DNA of 64,000 bases, from positions 3,063-67,062 of the IMG/VR virus record IMGVR_UViG_3300016476_000292; one strand, given 5' to 3'. The first letter of the stretch is position 1; each line of letters starts with the position of its first letter. The translations under genes were made by a program, and so were the position numbers. The notes under the pieces are model-generated. The model was not told where the DNA came from and did not search any database. It saw only the letters and a list, made by a program, of their open reading frames with translations. Below are positions 61,932-64,000 of the stretch, in pieces. This DNA is from a virus (taxonomy: Duplodnaviria; Caudoviricetes).

Positions 61932-62644
61932 GTTTATCCGTGGCAGTAGTCACCAGCACACAAGGCAGATCAACTATAACGAGGGCTATCAAAAGTGTTC
62001 AGGATCAAACTAGGAAGGCTACGCATTACGTATTCATCCACGGTGCAGACTATTCCGACAAGACCGTCCCTCATCTGGCGAATGATACGGTCGCCGTTCA
62101 CTTACCTCGCGCTAACGGTGGCGGTGGTTATGGCATGGCTCCTGTATTTGCTCTGGCTCCCTACGCCATCGACGAAGACATCATCTGCTACCTCGACGAC
62201 GATAACTGGTACGAGCCTGACCACATCGAATCACTGGTTGGCCTGATAGAAAAGCACGACCTCGGCTGGGCGTACAGCCTGCGCAAGATTGTGGACAACG
62301 ATGGCAACTGGATATGCGACGACAACTGCGAGTCCCTTGGCTGCCATCCAAACTCTCACGGTCATTATCTTGTGGACAACTCCTGCTACGTGGTCAGGAC
62401 TGAGGTTGCCCGCAGGTATGGCTTCGCGTGGTACGTGCCAATTATCTCAGACCGCAACTTCCAAGCAGAGCTAATGCGTAACAGGATCAGGGCTGGCACA
62501 TCTGGCCGCCACACATCTGTCTACCGGCTGTCCCACGACGGCACTGGAGGGATGACGAAGGAAAAATTCATCGGCAATAACGAGTGGATGAAGCAGAACC
62601 GCCCAGGCTTCGAGTGGGCTAAACAACAGATCTTTAACTTCTAG
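61928..62644 (+). CDS. GT2 family glycosyltransferase
   Basis: RAIKSVQDQT...ICYLDDDNWYEPDHIESL. Confidence 0.8.
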   Translation: MSLSVAVVTSTQGRSTITRAIKSVQDQTRKATHYVFIHGADYSDKTVPHLANDTVAVHLPRANGGGGYGMAPVFALAPYAIDEDIICYLDDDNWYEPDHIESLVGLIEKHDLGWAYSLRKIVDNDGNWICDDNCESLGCHPNSHGHYLVDNSCYVVRTEVARRYGFAWYVPIISDRNFQAELMRNRIRAGTSGRHTSVYRLSHDGTGGMTKEKFIGNNEWMKQNRPGFEWAKQQIFNF

Positions 62645-62653
62645 GAGATTCGC

Positions 62654-63421
62654 ATGGCAAAACTCTTTGTATCAGTACCTATGTACGGTGGCCAGTGCTA
62701 CGGCTACTTTGCACAGTCCATGATGCAGCTACAGAACATCTTGCGGGACAACAAAGTGGACATGGCTGCCAGCTTCCTGTTCAACGAGTCGCTGATCCAG
62801 CGCGCCCGCAACGCCTTAGCACACGGGTTCTTGAAGACAGACTTTACCCACCTGATGTTTATCGACGCAGACATCCACTTCAATCCGCATGACGTTCTTC
62901 CGATGCTGCTGGCAGACAAGCCCATCATCTGCGGGATATACCCCAAGAAAGAAATCAACTGGAGCCAGATCCATGCTGCCGCTCTGGCTGGCGTGCCTCC
63001 GCATGAGCTTCGCAAGTACAGCGGATCGTTCGTGGTAAACCTGAAAGACTATGCCGGCGAGCAGCGCGTAGACATTAGCCAGCCCGTGGAAATCTGGAAC
63101 GGCGGCACTGGATTCATGCTGATCAAGCGGGAAGTATTTGAGCAGCTGAAGGATCATGTCCCCACCTACGTTAACGATACCAATGACCTAGGCGGCACCA
63201 TCGGAGCAGACCGTATCCATGAGTTCTTCGCCACCAGCATTGAGCCGATCGGTGAGCGCCTGCTGTCTGAGGACTACCATTTCTGCAAGATCTGGCGCGA
63301 GAAGTGCAACGGTACTGTCTGGGCGGCACCGTGGGCGCAGCTTGCACATATTGGCACTCACAAGTTCGACGGCATCTTGACCGAGAAGCCGACACCCCAA
63401 CCCAAAGCCGAGGAAGTATGA
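62654..63421 (+). CDS. GT-A fold glycosyltransferase-like protein, paralogue of 58943-59707
   Basis: VPMYGG...ESLIQRARN...MFIDADI...GGTGFMLIKR...LSEDYHFC. Confidence 0.75.
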   Translation: MAKLFVSVPMYGGQCYGYFAQSMMQLQNILRDNKVDMAASFLFNESLIQRARNALAHGFLKTDFTHLMFIDADIHFNPHDVLPMLLADKPIICGIYPKKEINWSQIHAAALAGVPPHELRKYSGSFVVNLKDYAGEQRVDISQPVEIWNGGTGFMLIKREVFEQLKDHVPTYVNDTNDLGGTIGADRIHEFFATSIEPIGERLLSEDYHFCKIWREKCNGTVWAAPWAQLAHIGTHKFDGILTEKPTPQPKAEEV

Positions 63422-64000
63422 CCATATCCTTCACGCCCGGTGAAACCTTCATCCCAGCCTCCGGTCAGGTGATCGGAGACCGGGAGAAGGAGCTGATGCA
63501 CCAAGCCGTGGACAAGGGCTGGCTGACAGCCAGTTCCTTCAACCGCGAGTTCGAGGACACGCTCACCCGCTGGATCGGCAGCAAGGCCGTCAGGACTGTC
63601 AACAGCGGCAGTTCTGCCAACCTTGTGGCGTTCATGGCGCTGACCTCCCCAAAGCTGGGAGACAGGGCTATCAAGAAGGGCGACGAGGTAATCAGCGTGG
63701 CCTGCGGGTTCCCGACGACCATCAACCCCATCGTCCAGTTCGGTGCTGTGCCAGTGTTCTTGGATATCAACACAACCCTGAACATTGCCACCAAGGATTT
63801 GGAATCAGCCATCACAGAGAAGACCAAAGCTATCTTCATCGCCCACACTATGGGCAATCCCTTCAACCTGGAGGAGATAGCGGCACTGGCCAAGAAGCAC
63901 AACCTGTGGCTGATCGAGGACTGCTGTGACGCGCTGGGCGCACGCTGGCGCAACCAGAACGTTGGCACTTTTGGCGACCCCGGCGCACCACATCACGATG
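63418..64000 (+). CDS. rfbH: RfbH/DdhC-like CDP-4-keto-6-deoxyglucose 3-dehydrase (DegT/DnrJ fold), partial, with a frameshifting lesion near the window end
   Basis: IPASGQVI...WLT...VNSGSSANLVAF.ALTSPKLGDRAIKKGDEVI.VA.GFPTTINPI...EDCCDALG; PAHHITM lies in the +1 frame. Not in the ORF track. Confidence 0.8.
   Translation, partial: MTISFTPGETFIPASGQVIGDREKELMHQAVDKGWLTASSFNREFEDTLTRWIGSKAVRTVNSGSSANLVAFMALTSPKLGDRAIKKGDEVISVACGFPTTINPIVQFGAVPVFLDINTTLNIATKDLESAITEKTKAIFIAHTMGNPFNLEEIAALAKKHNLWLIEDCCDALGARWRNQNVGTFGDPGAPHHD

Noticed and set aside
63592-63627. Possible self-target of tract B (NN-x decoding) in rfbH, RTVNSG region
   Set aside because: Only about 14 of 24 positions match, which is expected by chance many times in 128 kb of both strands.
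1-64000. Lysogeny module, diversity-generating retroelement or IS elements
   Set aside because: No integrase, CI/Cro pair, reverse transcriptase, TR/VR pair or transposase is recognisable; genes outside the window cannot be excluded.

Overview
The window covers most of a tailed dsDNA phage genome with podovirus-like organisation: large internal-virion proteins and no tape measure, integrase or DNA polymerase seen. A betaproteobacterial or freshwater-type host is an inference only. Layout: (i) 688-40647 (-) morphogenesis operon with TerS, intein-containing TerL, portal, GroES, scaffold, major capsid, small basic proteins, tail and fibre genes, M15 endolysin/holin and four internal-virion proteins, including a 2033-aa polyvalent protein; (ii) 40962-44008 (+) small early genes; (iii) 43967-53783 (-) primase, SF2 helicase, ParB-HTH, a glycosyltransferase, a Cas7/RAMP-like gene, HNH and tRNA-Tyr; (iv) 54099-64000 (+) Cas4-like exonuclease, ERF, SSB-like protein, a resolvase-like nuclease and a sugar-modification cluster that appears to continue at 1-237. 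Three things stand out. First, a solitary Cas7-like gene (51166-51780) is flanked by four non-coding tracts of strict 5-nt periodicity (GGY-NN, 52 pentamers, first G invariant). Two of the tracts are preceded by GNRA hairpins, and tandem sigma70 promoters lie upstream. This looks like a non-CRISPR RNA-guided module with a gapped dinucleotide code. Second, the TerL intein has its central region dual-coded: a complete Endonuclease VII homing nuclease with its own Shine-Dalgarno is overprinted in the -1 frame. Third, a palindrome GGWAACGTTWCC occurs 10 times, in three reading frames and in intergenic DNA. All family assignments come from motif recognition by eye; no database search was run.
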